Source of the DNA: an uncultured virus (IMG/VR IMGVR_UViG_3300011008_002732)
Lineage: Duplodnaviria; Heunggongvirae; Uroviricota; Caudoviricetes
Virus record (IMG/VR): IMGVR_UViG_3300011008_002732
Direction: 5' to 3' (one strand)
DNA: 64,000 nt
Shown: piece after piece, positions 48,040 through 57,753 of the stretch
Position numbering within the stretch: the first letter of the stretch is position 1
Layout of the letters: each line of letters begins with the position of its first letter
Made by a program: the position numbers and the translations under genes
Notes under the pieces: model-generated
Told to the model about the DNA's origin: nothing
The model's input: the letters and a program-made list of their open reading frames with translations, nothing else
Database searches by the model: none

Positions 48040-48740
48040 TGCTTATCCTCCTTGATTTCTTCAAGCCTCTCCTTGGCCAGCTCCAGTAGCTTGGCAAACG
48101 TGATGGAAGGCGACTTGATGTTATACTGGTTACCGATCTCCTGCTGAAGCTTCAGCAAGAGCATTTCATTATTCTCCTGGTCTGCGAGAATGAGCGCATC
48201 ACTCTTCTTTGCCTGTTCACGAATATCTCCGTACAGCTCATCCAAGTTCTCGAATGAGTTAGGATAGAGGATAATCGTAAACACGAAGTTCTCCTTCAGA
48301 GCGAAGATGCTGATACCATCCGTACTGATAGGACTAACCTCATCGATATTGATGTGGGCGAACTTCTTGAAGTCGATGCTCTGTATCTGCTCGAAGAGCT
48401 TCTTCAAGATACTCTGGTTGTCCTGCCCGTGCAGCGAGTTATGGCTAAGCTGGATGGCGATAATCTCGTCCTTGCTCAGTTCGCTCTCGTCACACCATAG
48501 AATGCCGATTTTCGCATAATGCAGCTTCTTACAGGCCCTCAATCTATGATGACCACTAATCATGCCATACCTACCATTTGACTTCTTGTAACAGCATGGC
48601 ACGCTACTTAGTCCGGACTTGCCGATATTATCAACCAGCGCAGCAAAATCCTCGCCAGTCATTTCATTGGCATTCAGTTCTGCCTCATCGATGAGGTTGA
48701 TGTCAACGACATCGTATTTCCATCTTTCTTCAGTTTCCAT
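48036..48740 (-). CDS. ParB/Srx N-terminal domain protein
   Basis: NANEM..LVDNI..ISGHHRLRA..LSHNSLHG. Confidence 0.85.
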   Translation of the reverse strand: METEERWKYDVVDINLIDEAELNANEMTGEDFAALVDNIGKSGLSSVPCCYKKSNGRYGMISGHHRLRACKKLHYAKIGILWCDESELSKDEIIAIQLSHNSLHGQDNQSILKKLFEQIQSIDFKKFAHINIDEVSPISTDGISIFALKENFVFTIILYPNSFENLDELYGDIREQAKKSDALILADQENNEMLLLKLQQEIGNQYNIKSPSITFAKLLELAKERLEEIKEDKQ

Positions 48741-50820
48741 TGTTCTTTATCATTTTTTGATACTTCTCGATTACTTCCTTATTCGTCTTGTACTTGCCAA
48801 GCTCTCCCTCGTATGCGAGGTATGATGATGTGCAATGCTCCTTCACCTTCGTATAGACACCCCTGTACTTCATGCTGACAGGCTTGTGCGTGTAGGCACA
48901 GGAAATGACCTTCTCACAGAGCTTGTGCATCCTACGGCTCAATTCAATCTGTACTCCGACTGTCTGAATACACAGCAGTATCAGCTTAGCTAATCGTGGA
49001 ATATCGTTGTTCGTACAGAAGTCCGTCAGCTGGAACAAATCATAGCCCTTGTGCTGAGGGAGGGTGAAGCCGAAACCTCCAAGCGTGTACTTCTCATACA
49101 TCACAACAAAGGCATAGGTGCACATGCTCACCTGGTCCACTTTCTTGATGTACTTCTTCTGGAGGCAATGTAGGTATGTCGAGCTGACCCTTACAATCTT
49201 TAGGCTGTTGGGGTTGTCGATAGTCAAATCAGCAGGAGGCACAATCTCGTTGACCTCTACATGGTTCGACTTGTACGACGTGCTGACTTGATTGCTGTTG
49301 CTCGGCTTGTTGCAGTACAGGAAACGACCTGCAGACCATCGCTCTCCACTTGACGAGTCCCACATGGCCAGCTTGTGCATATTCTTCAGATACGGACTGT
49401 TGCTGATGAAGTAGAAATACGACTCCTTCGGCAGGGTCTCGATGACCTCGTAGTAGTCGTTCCTCTTCAAGTCAAACTCCATATCCAAATCAGAGTTTTC
49501 CTTTATCAGCTTGAACGTGCGCTTCTGCGTCTTGTCCTTGCCGTAGTTGAAGAAAATCACCCTCTTCTGAGGGATGGCATCCTGCAACGTGCCTACATGG
49601 TAGTCGCAGGTTGTCAAGAGGCGCATCAGTCTCTCAGAGGCTTTCTCGGTCTTGTCGATGGACTCCTTGGCTCGCATCTTCACCGACTCGATGATGGCAT
49701 CGTTCCTCGATGACTCGCTCATGGAGAACTTCTGAAGCTTCTCGGCATACAATGCCAATGCCAGTTGTCTCGATGGGTTATCCGAATTGAACTCCTCCAG
49801 CCATGACAGCTTCTCCTTGTACTTCAGCGTAATCTTTCCATTGGCCAGCATGTACAACAGGTGGCAGTACGGGTCCTGAGCATAGATACTCACCTTCACC
49901 TTATCCATGAAGAACAGCTCATAGTAGTACATGAACCCGTTCACGATGCAAAGCTCCTTGTGGTCATGCTTCTTGACCGCATCCCACAAAGCTGATGCCT
50001 GTTTTGAGTTGTACGGCAACGACTTTGTTTGGAACGTCTCGATGGCACTATACGGGTTTCCTTGATAGAGTAGTGGCACCAATTCGGGCGGTGTGGTGTA
50101 TTTGAGCTTCGTGAGGCGCAAGAAGTCCTCGTATGAGGATATGGATTGGAAGTCTTCCACGTTATGGTTTACGGCATAGTAGAAAATCCTGTAAGCAGAA
50201 AACACGCAGTTCAGCGCAAGGTAGAAATCGTCCGTAGCGTGGAACGTGCGGAACTCGATCGTCTTCGTTTTGAAGTACGCAGAGATATTCACAGCATGGC
50301 GGATGAAGCCTTTCTTCGACTGGTTCGTGAACAGCTTATTGATGTCATCGAATGACTGAGCATTGAGCACTCCATCATAGAACTTCTCCGTGGGTCTCGG
50401 CTTGCAGTTGAACGTCAGCTCATCCCAGTCCGATATGTGGGCATACCGCTTGAAGTACGGATAGCAGATGTAGAAGAAAAGCCAGACCTTCTTCAGCTGC
50501 TCCACCTCCAAATCGCCGACGTAAATGTGCACATGGGTATCGATGCTCCACTTCATCCTTCCTCCGGCATTGACCATCGACTCATAGACACTCTTTAGGT
50601 CATGGAGGTCTTTCATGCTACAAAGACTGAGTGGAGGGGTATTGACCTCTCCACCATATTTCTTGTTCTCAGAACCATCGGTGTTCACGATGTCCTCATC
50701 CTTGCTCCATGAGTAACCATCGGGTAGCGTTACAAGCTGCCTGTCGAGATTGCACATTTCTATCTCTATGCCGAAGGTTCTGGTTCTGAGGTCACTATTG
50801 GCATCCATGTTTTCTTCCAC
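48730..50820 (-). CDS. Amidoligase-domain protein fused to C-terminal phage GNAT-like domain
   Basis: N-terminal RTFGIEIE, EVNTPPL, THVH, TIEFR (amidoligase); C-terminal LTDF..RLAKLIL..PVSMKYRG as recalled for ParB-associated phage DNA-modification proteins. Confidence 0.7.
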   Translation of the reverse strand: MEENMDANSDLRTRTFGIEIEMCNLDRQLVTLPDGYSWSKDEDIVNTDGSENKKYGGEVNTPPLSLCSMKDLHDLKSVYESMVNAGGRMKWSIDTHVHIYVGDLEVEQLKKVWLFFYICYPYFKRYAHISDWDELTFNCKPRPTEKFYDGVLNAQSFDDINKLFTNQSKKGFIRHAVNISAYFKTKTIEFRTFHATDDFYLALNCVFSAYRIFYYAVNHNVEDFQSISSYEDFLRLTKLKYTTPPELVPLLYQGNPYSAIETFQTKSLPYNSKQASALWDAVKKHDHKELCIVNGFMYYYELFFMDKVKVSIYAQDPYCHLLYMLANGKITLKYKEKLSWLEEFNSDNPSRQLALALYAEKLQKFSMSESSRNDAIIESVKMRAKESIDKTEKASERLMRLLTTCDYHVGTLQDAIPQKRVIFFNYGKDKTQKRTFKLIKENSDLDMEFDLKRNDYYEVIETLPKESYFYFISNSPYLKNMHKLAMWDSSSGERWSAGRFLYCNKPSNSNQVSTSYKSNHVEVNEIVPPADLTIDNPNSLKIVRVSSTYLHCLQKKYIKKVDQVSMCTYAFVVMYEKYTLGGFGFTLPQHKGYDLFQLTDFCTNNDIPRLAKLILLCIQTVGVQIELSRRMHKLCEKVISCAYTHKPVSMKYRGVYTKVKEHCTSSYLAYEGELGKYKTNKEVIEKYQKMIKNNGN

Positions 50821-51874
50821 TTAGATGGTCAATGAATTTTACTGCACCAAGACTGTAGATACTACGTCCTTCGTGACGGAAATCTACTCCGAGAGCTGCC
50901 CCTGCAAGGTCAATCAACGAGGTTGTTACGGGCACATCAATGCCTACTCGATGGGCAATACTCTCAAGCAGAACCAATCCCTGCGACACGTCCTCCGTGA
51001 TGTATCTCGAACGTATGGAGGTGGGGCTAACGGCCCTGTCCTCTGACTCGGAATACTCATAGAAGCTCTCCATGCCTTTAAGGAAACCTCCTGCCTCCAA
51101 GATGTCAATGGCTCTGCTGTTGAGTGCTATCAGAACCTTCTTCTTTTCCTCATCCAGCTTGAACATCACATTGAGCGTGGCCTGATTCTTATGGCTGTAA
51201 GCCTCGCGGTACATGCAGAAGTTTCCGTCGCTGTACTCGATGCGAGGAATGCTCATGACGGCTCCTACGGTGTGTATCACCAAGTTCGGGTTTAGCAATG
51301 CTGACTCGATAACCGAGAGGCTATCATTCAGTCCCACATACAGGGCTTTCAGCTTCTCCATCGTCTCTGCCCTGCGATGCTCATGGAAGATGCTCAGAGG
51401 GCTATTTGTGAGCCTGCAACCTACACGGAACACGACCTCACCAGGCTTATCATTCAGTTCTACTCGTCCTTCAAGATACGGGCCTGTGGCCTCAGCGATG
51501 GATGGCAATTCTTGGCAGTACTTGGCAAGGTAGAACGACGACATATAGCTGCAGATGATGAGCACCGTCTGATCTCCTCTGAGGTACTGGCAGATGTTAC
51601 GATACAGCTCATCGTGATAGATGCTCTGGATGGTGACGATTACCACCTCTGCCTTTTCTATCTCGCTGAGCAGATTCGTGACTTTACTGATATGGGTCTC
51701 CGTGTAAATCCCATCCTCCTTCAGATAAACGCGATTGCCGTTTTCCAGTAACCGCTCATAAGCCTTTGACTTCACAGAGGACGTTTTGACCAAGGACACA
51801 TCATGCCCTTGGATGGAAAGGTCTGCCGCTATGGCAACACCTACATTTCCTGTTCCAATAACTGCTACTTTCAT
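50795..51874 (-). CDS. NAD(P)-dependent opine (octopine/nopaline) dehydrogenase family protein
   Basis: VIGTGNVG Rossmann motif; LNPNLVIH; SRYITEDV..GLV. Confidence 0.85.
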   Translation of the reverse strand: MKVAVIGTGNVGVAIAADLSIQGHDVSLVKTSSVKSKAYERLLENGNRVYLKEDGIYTETHISKVTNLLSEIEKAEVVIVTIQSIYHDELYRNICQYLRGDQTVLIICSYMSSFYLAKYCQELPSIAEATGPYLEGRVELNDKPGEVVFRVGCRLTNSPLSIFHEHRRAETMEKLKALYVGLNDSLSVIESALLNPNLVIHTVGAVMSIPRIEYSDGNFCMYREAYSHKNQATLNVMFKLDEEKKKVLIALNSRAIDILEAGGFLKGMESFYEYSESEDRAVSPTSIRSRYITEDVSQGLVLLESIAHRVGIDVPVTTSLIDLAGAALGVDFRHEGRSIYSLGAVKFIDHLSGRKHGCQ

Positions 51875-51897
51875 TTCAAAAAACGTTTCTGATTTGT

Positions 51898-51921
51898 TGC
51901 GGAGACAGGACTCGAACCTGC
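51898..51921 (-). other. tRNA 3'-half remnant
   Basis: Reverse complement GCAGGTTCGAGTCCTGTCTCCGCA is a T-arm plus acceptor 3' strand, with no matching 5' half nearby. Confidence 0.5.
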
Positions 51922-51996
51922 ATACTTGTTAACATTAACATCTAACTTCCTTTTACTCACCTTGAATAACAAAGCCCCTACTGGAACTTCAACCTG

Positions 51997-52070
51997 CGGA
52001 TGGAGAAGGGCTCGAACCTCCGACTTCCTGTTTAACAGACAGGCGCTCTAACCATCTGAGCTATCCATCC
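51997..52070 (-). tRNA. tRNA-Asn(GTT)
   Basis: GGATGGATAGCTCAGATGGTTAGAGCGCCTGTCTGTTAAACAGGAAGTCGGAGGTTCGAGCCCTTCTCCATCCG; canonical cloverleaf, G73. Confidence 0.92.
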
Positions 52071-52150
52071 AAAACCTGCGTATCTTCACAGACGGCAGGA
52101 GTACATAATCAATAACCTTTTATTTAATCTATCAATCGTATGACTTACTG

Positions 52151-52549
52151 CTAATCAAACAACGATAGCTGTTGCGTCTGCTCCTTCTTCTCCTCCGGCT
52201 CCCATTCCTTGACATCGTAGCCATTCTTTCTGAGCCATTCGGATAGGAGGTGGCGGTGGCAGAAGTCGCCAGGCTTCTCGTAGCAACAGAGGGCGACGTC
52301 CTGCCCTCGGCTTATCCTTGCAACAACCTCCAGCACTGCCGCAGGTTGAAGCCTGTTCAGTATCTCTTCGTACTTCTTCAGATATTCCTCATGGCTGCAA
52401 GCACCGCTGAGCATGTACCCTGTCGGGGAAACATCTGTATATCGAGGCCCATTGTACCACCTCGGAGAGTAGCGAGCAATGCTGATTGGCATGATGCCGG
52501 CCTTGCTCAACTGCTTTAGATTTCCAAAATAACTCGTATAAACTTTCAT
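52151..52549 (-). CDS. DUF488-family protein
   Basis: MKVYTSYF..ALCCYEKPGDFCHRHLL. Confidence 0.75.
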   Translation of the reverse strand: MKVYTSYFGNLKQLSKAGIMPISIARYSPRWYNGPRYTDVSPTGYMLSGACSHEEYLKKYEEILNRLQPAAVLEVVARISRGQDVALCCYEKPGDFCHRHLLSEWLRKNGYDVKEWEPEEKKEQTQQLSLFD

Positions 52550-52872
52550 CGGTTGTATGTATTTGGTAATGCAAAGGTACAAAAAACGCTTGAGATAAAC
52601 GCATATTTTGCCCGAAAATCGCACCATTTAAGATTTATTTAACATTTTTCTGCTTGTTCTAAGAGGTATTGTCGCCTCTCGCATGACCCCAGTAGTCGGT
52701 GGAGGTCGGCTACATGACGCTGTTCAATACCGACCTTCTCACTTTCCGGCCACTACTTCTTACTGAAGATGACAGCCACTTCTTCACATCGCTTCGGAAG
52801 GTCAAAAGCCCTCTCCCTGCAGACGAACAACTTCTTACTTTCCGCTTTCGATAACTTCTTCATATTTCTTGC

Positions 52873-53214
52873 TTATTTATAGGTTGTGCATTTTACAATT
52901 CTCACTCTATTGTATTTCAATCTTCCTGCAATCTTCTGAGCCTGCTCCTTCGGACACTTCAAGGCTATCCTGCAATCATGCGTCCAAAAGAACTCTTTAC
53001 TTTTTCTTCTATCGACAAGCATCAGTGAGCCTGTGCCTTTACGGCAGTCCTGTATGATGAAATACAATCCTTTGGGGGTGTTACCATACTTATGCTTCAA
53101 TATGTTCCTACCGTGTTTTATGCCGCCAAGGAAAAACTCACTTTGGTGGTCATAGCATTCACACCCTTCATAGATGTCAGCCAAAGCCTCTGCTTCTGTT
53201 ACATAATCACTCAT
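52873..53214 (-). CDS. Hypothetical protein
   Basis: 113 aa overlapping the ThiF stop. Confidence 0.55.
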   Translation of the reverse strand: MSDYVTEAEALADIYEGCECYDHQSEFFLGGIKHGRNILKHKYGNTPKGLYFIIQDCRKGTGSLMLVDRRKSKEFFWTHDCRIALKCPKEQAQKIAGRLKYNRVRIVKCTTYK

Positions 53215-53987
53215 ACCTTCTCTACTTTTATCGGGTTCAACTTCATTGTTTCAAGGTTCAGAAACGCTCCATGCGTTTCCAGCACTCCCTTGGTGAACAT
53301 CTTCCACAGCAAGGCCATTCCTACCTGTGCGAGGGTGGAGTTGATGAACAAGTCCTGCTTGCTCAACGCCTCAGCCAGCGAACAACTTGGCCCGCTATCC
53401 TTCTCGTTGACTTCCTTGAGGTCGAAGATGTCCGTCACACACGGCAACTTGCCGACATTCTCCTTCCTTTTGTTCTGACAGATGTCGTGCATGGTTCCGA
53501 GTATAACCTGTCCTGTGTTCACCGTATTGCCGAAGTCCATCCAGTAGTAGTTCTTCTGCATATCATAACCGTTCAGCCCTCGCTCGCTTGGCCTTTCGAG
53601 GTTACTCTTGATGGCAAGCCTCGATGCAACCGTATCGACGCAGGAGATAACGATATTCGTGTGCTCCGACTTCTCTCCGTACATTTCCGGGATGCTCTCC
53701 CAAGACGTACCGAAAAACATGTTCAACTTCGTGACCAGCACCTCTGCCTTGTTGCGGCCTACCTCTACTGGAGAGAACAACTGACGGCCACAGTTGGCAG
53801 GTGTCACGATGTCGGAGTCATACACTTTCACATGGAGGCCGGGATGGCCCAACTCCCTCAATGCGTAGTTCATCCTACCGAGGGAGGTCAACACCTGCGA
53901 GCCAGTGCCGCCAGCACCTACCAGTGCTATCGACAGCGGATGCGCAGGGTCTAAGATGTAGGAGTGAACAAAATGCTTGTACTTCAT
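53211..53987 (-). CDS. PRTRC-system ThiF/E1-like adenylyltransferase
   Basis: VGAGGTGSQ, DSDIV..ANCGRQLF, SCVDT, WMDFGN, PSCSLAEAL..QDLFIN. Confidence 0.9.
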   Translation of the reverse strand: MKYKHFVHSYILDPAHPLSIALVGAGGTGSQVLTSLGRMNYALRELGHPGLHVKVYDSDIVTPANCGRQLFSPVEVGRNKAEVLVTKLNMFFGTSWESIPEMYGEKSEHTNIVISCVDTVASRLAIKSNLERPSERGLNGYDMQKNYYWMDFGNTVNTGQVILGTMHDICQNKRKENVGKLPCVTDIFDLKEVNEKDSGPSCSLAEALSKQDLFINSTLAQVGMALLWKMFTKGVLETHGAFLNLETMKLNPIKVEKV

Positions 53988-54265
53988 TTCTTGCTATACA
54001 TTACGTTAAATCTTATTCTAAGTTGGTTTCGCCTCACGCTAATCACATAGTCGTCAGCCTCCAGTCGCTTGCGCCAATTCTCAAGTACCGGGCTGGTGTA
54101 GTCGAACTTAGTGCTGAGCGTCAAGACTACCGCAAAACCCGTCTCACGTGCTGTTTCCATATTGCACAATTTCGGAATTTCGTAATCCTTGATTACTTCG
54201 TCCTTGACTTCTGCCTTGATTTCTTTCAGAACACTGGCAGCATGTTCTATTGTTTTCTTACTCAT
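53984..54265 (-). CDS. Hypothetical protein within the PRTRC cassette
   Basis: 93 aa, coupled to the ThiF start. Confidence 0.6.
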   Translation of the reverse strand: MSKKTIEHAASVLKEIKAEVKDEVIKDYEIPKLCNMETARETGFAVVLTLSTKFDYTSPVLENWRKRLEADDYVISVRRNQLRIRFNVMYSKK

Positions 54266-54272
54266 AGTTCTT

Positions 54273-54980
54273 CTACTTCTTATATAGTGATTGTAATGTC
54301 GTCTTTGTTGCTTTCATAGAATCGAGTGGAAACGGCTTGTGACCGCTTATGCACTCCTTCATTATAATGGATAGGTTGCCCTTCACAGGATTGCCGCCCA
54401 TGAGGTGGGAAAACTCAGTCTTCCAAAACAACTCCTCCCAGTAGGCCATCCAGTTCGCGTAGGTCTGATCCTTCGGTTTTGGCAGCTTCCCACTGCCGAG
54501 GCAGACATTCGTACTCGTATTGAAGAAGGGTGCTTGATACAACAACCTCTTCGGCTTCAGACCCTTGAACGCATATATTGACAGGGAACTGCCATTCGTC
54601 ACATAGACAAGGCCAGGAACCAAAACCTCGCCATTGGGTATGCCAAGGCTTTCGGAGAAATAGAACATCCTCTTCTCCGGCTTCCTGTACCATACCAGTT
54701 TGTAGGAGTCGATGCTCGTGCTGGCATACAGCAGGTTCTCCGGTATCTCTCCGTGAAGAGAGGCCATCGACGTGGTTCCGTGCGCATACTTATCGACCGT
54801 CTTCAGCAGCTTCGCTATGACATCGATCTTCAGAGGCTTGCCTGCACACATGGCTCCGTTTCTGATTGGACGATGCTCCACATACGCGCCCCCATTGAGG
54901 CTGCTCTTGTAGAACACCAAAGCATCGGTAGCCTCCAGCTTCTCATTCAGTATCTTGCTTAGATTTCCCATACAGGTCAA
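54273..54980 (-). CDS. PRTRC-system protein B (prokaryotic E2-like)
   Basis: IPENLLY..LVWY..VPGLVY..LYQAPFFN..VCLG..WEELFW.TEFSH. Confidence 0.8.
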   Translation of the reverse strand: MTCMGNLSKILNEKLEATDALVFYKSSLNGGAYVEHRPIRNGAMCAGKPLKIDVIAKLLKTVDKYAHGTTSMASLHGEIPENLLYASTSIDSYKLVWYRKPEKRMFYFSESLGIPNGEVLVPGLVYVTNGSSLSIYAFKGLKPKRLLYQAPFFNTSTNVCLGSGKLPKPKDQTYANWMAYWEELFWKTEFSHLMGGNPVKGNLSIIMKECISGHKPFPLDSMKATKTTLQSLYKK

Positions 54981-56148
54981 ATTTTTCGGTTGTCCGATCG
55001 AACGTTCTCAGCCACTTGTCGAATGACGCGCACAAATCCTTGCATCGCATAAACTCGAGTATGTCTGTCTTCTTTATCTTCGGTGACAACCATTGATGGA
55101 TATTCCAGCCAGTCATCATGATACCGGCATTCACTTCATTATTCACGCTGTCGAGCAGGGCATCTGATATGCCGTCATGCTCTGAATAGAGGATGGCCGA
55201 GGCGAACACGCTGCTTGCATATCCGTCCGAGCCATAGTTGCCATATTTGTCTTCGATACCATCATCGTCGGGGTTGAACTCGAACCAGTAGCAGTTCATG
55301 TCCTTGACAATATCGATACCTTCCATCATGGCTTCCACAAGTTCCGTCTCATTGACTGGGCATTCGTGAAGATACTCCTCCAATGCCTCATACAGATCCT
55401 CCGGCTTCTCTCTCGACAATCCGTTGATTTCGTCGAACAGGTTCCAAAACTCTCCGTCCACCTTGTACTTTTCAAGGACAGGGTCTTTCTCCTTCACCTC
55501 TTCCTCATCATCTTCGTAATGGTCGAAGTCGTCCTCCTCGTACATATTCATGATGCAGTCGAGATAGAAGTTCTCCGAGTGCTCCGGGATGCCGAGAGGT
55601 ATCTGAGTGCTGTCTGAGACGAACTTCATAAACCGCTTGTACATCTGACTGCCTGCTGGTGACAAATATCTTGCAGGAGCGCAGTAGAGGATAACGATTG
55701 TGTCCTCCAGCTCTCTGCCCCATCGATAGACTGCACATTCAAGCACATCGGTTTCTGAGCCTTGGCAGTCCTTCTTGCTGACTACAATACTCAGACCGAG
55801 AGGTTCAACCTTGCTCTCGAAGTACTCTATCAGTTCTCCGAGCTTCTGTGACAGAGAAAGTCCAGCTTTAGGCTCATAGTCAAACTCTATTCCGACGAAC
55901 TTCAGAAAACGCTTGCAGCAGGCAAGGATAAAGGCATAGCTCTTGTCGAGCCTGATGCCAAACCTGCCTGCTGCATCCTTGTCATTCGGACGTATTGGCT
56001 CAATCTTTGAGGTCAGAAAAGCAGGGGCGCTGAGGGAGGGAGCAGCGGTTGCCGCTCCTCGTCCCTTGCGCGAAATTCCTGCCTGTGCTCTGACTCCAGT
56101 ATTGAGTACAAAGCCTTGTGGAACTCTTGTCGTTCTTTGGGTTTGCAT
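54943..56148 (-). CDS. Hypothetical protein at the PRTRC protein F position
   Basis: 401 aa between proteins C and B; assigned by gene order only. Confidence 0.5.
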   Translation of the reverse strand: MQTQRTTRVPQGFVLNTGVRAQAGISRKGRGAATAAPSLSAPAFLTSKIEPIRPNDKDAAGRFGIRLDKSYAFILACCKRFLKFVGIEFDYEPKAGLSLSQKLGELIEYFESKVEPLGLSIVVSKKDCQGSETDVLECAVYRWGRELEDTIVILYCAPARYLSPAGSQMYKRFMKFVSDSTQIPLGIPEHSENFYLDCIMNMYEEDDFDHYEDDEEEVKEKDPVLEKYKVDGEFWNLFDEINGLSREKPEDLYEALEEYLHECPVNETELVEAMMEGIDIVKDMNCYWFEFNPDDDGIEDKYGNYGSDGYASSVFASAILYSEHDGISDALLDSVNNEVNAGIMMTGWNIHQWLSPKIKKTDILEFMRCKDLCASFDKWLRTFDRTTEKFDLYGKSKQDTE

Positions 56149-56155
56149 GACTTAC

Positions 56156-56368
56156 TCATCCTTTCGTTCCAACTGTTGTCTTGAACTCATACACGGCTCT
56201 CTGCTTGTCGTCAACCTTTGGGCCGTGCACATTACTTGTCGTCAGTTCGGGATAGGTGGCAGAGTAGAACTGCATCACCTCATCTGGTGTCATGTTCTTA
56301 TCGGGGTCTTCCAACTCGCGGTTACCATACTTGAACACGCGCTTCATTCCTGTTACATTGAGTGCCAT
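56156..56368 (-). CDS. PRTRC-system protein C (ubiquitin-like)
   Basis: RVFKY..LEDPD..PDEVMQFYSATYPELTT..VGTKG with C-terminal Gly. Confidence 0.88.
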   Translation of the reverse strand: MALNVTGMKRVFKYGNRELEDPDKNMTPDEVMQFYSATYPELTTSNVHGPKVDDKQRAVYEFKTTVGTKG

Positions 56369-56371
56369 AGT

Positions 56372-57022
56372 CTATTCCTCCTCTTCTTCTTGGTTGTCAT
56401 TGTCATTGTCGTCTAACTCCATAGCCTCCTTGAAGGCATCGTCTGTAGCGTCTGTAGGAGTTTCCTCCTTCTTGGTGGGAGCCATGCTGCCGATGTTCTG
56501 ACCGTCAGACATATCCTCCTCGCCACCGAACATGTTACCGACACCGCTGGCATCGTCAATCTCCTTGCGAACCTTTTCGATGATGGCCTTCTCAGCCGAC
56601 GGGAGCGCCTGTGCCTTGGCCAACACCACCCTTGCATCCTTGAACTTGTGCTCGTCCTTGTTCTTGCGGGCAAGGGCGATGAGGTCGTTGAAATCCTTCT
56701 TCTGCTTGGCAGCTTCATCCTTCAGCTTCTTTGCCATTTCGGACTCGCGCTTGGCTTTCTCGGTGCTCTCCTCGAACTCCTTGATGTTTGACACAAGCCC
56801 CTGTGCTGCTGCCAGCGGCTTGAGGGCATCCTTGAAGCCTTCCTCAAACTCGTCGGGGGTTCCGCTCATGACCAGCGGAGTGATGTTCTCTACTGCCTTG
56901 TCCTTGACACCTCTGTTGTCGGGCAAGATACTCACTGCGATGTTGTCACCGCTTTTTCTGATGGCCATCTGAAGTTGCTGGCCGTCCTGCAGAAATTCTG
57001 CGATCGTCTTGAAAAAATCCAT
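56372..57022 (-). CDS. PRTRC-system protein E
   Basis: MDFFKTI..VSILP..PLVMSGTPDEFEEGF. Confidence 0.75.
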   Translation of the reverse strand: MDFFKTIAEFLQDGQQLQMAIRKSGDNIAVSILPDNRGVKDKAVENITPLVMSGTPDEFEEGFKDALKPLAAAQGLVSNIKEFEESTEKAKRESEMAKKLKDEAAKQKKDFNDLIALARKNKDEHKFKDARVVLAKAQALPSAEKAIIEKVRKEIDDASGVGNMFGGEEDMSDGQNIGSMAPTKKEETPTDATDDAFKEAMELDDNDNDNQEEEEE

Positions 57023-57054
57023 AAATCTTACTTTAATGGTGAATAACTATGTAA

Positions 57055-57753
57055 CTAAAACAATTCATCGTCTGTCTGTTCCTCCACCTGTTCCTTGATG
57101 GTGGCTATAATGTCCTCAGTCAGTTCAAACTTGCTGTTCCACATGTCATTGATGAACTGGCAGCGTGAGAGGATAGTCCTCACACCCTCCGTTACCATGC
57201 TGACGAGGAAACGCTCGATATTATCGAAGGGATTGCTTCTTTCACCGAAGTTGAACTTCTCATATTCGGAATACTCTCCGGCATCACTACACCACTCCTG
57301 GAGATACTTCTTCGATTTCTCCGTGGAATAGGTGAACGTGCCGTCGCAGCACATCCCTTCCGTCATTTCTATCCCGAAGTCACAGGCATATACGTCCCGG
57401 CCCTCGTATTCGTCTATCTCGTCGAGGATGAACTGCTTGCAGTAGTCGAAGAACGGCTCCACATCTTCTTCCTCATCAACCTCGATGGGGTACAATTCGT
57501 CCACATCAACGAACAGCAACTCCTTGTTATCATGGGCATCCTTGAACTCATTGCCGTTGAGATACCACCCTTCAGCAATTCCCTTAGTCTTGACGTACTG
57601 GCAAATCCAGTAGTGCAATTTCTCGTCGAGACCTCCGTAACCTCTTACAAGATACGAGTGGATTTCCCTGCCGTTCAGTTCGGGAACTTCCTCCGGCCAC
57701 TTGTGCCTGCAGGCATCGTCATTGATTATCAGTTTCTTCATCTTCGTCCTCAT
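57055..57753 (-). CDS. Hypothetical protein
   Basis: 232 aa acidic ORF in operon. Confidence 0.65.
   Translation of the reverse strand: MRTKMKKLIINDDACRHKWPEEVPELNGREIHSYLVRGYGGLDEKLHYWICQYVKTKGIAEGWYLNGNEFKDAHDNKELLFVDVDELYPIEVDEEEDVEPFFDYCKQFILDEIDEYEGRDVYACDFGIEMTEGMCCDGTFTYSTEKSKKYLQEWCSDAGEYSEYEKFNFGERSNPFDNIERFLVSMVTEGVRTILSRCQFINDMWNSKFELTEDIIATIKEQVEEQTDDELF

Noticed and set aside
53211..57022. CBASS or Bil defence system
   Set aside because: No CD-NTase, effector or JAB gene seen; gene set and order match PRTRC
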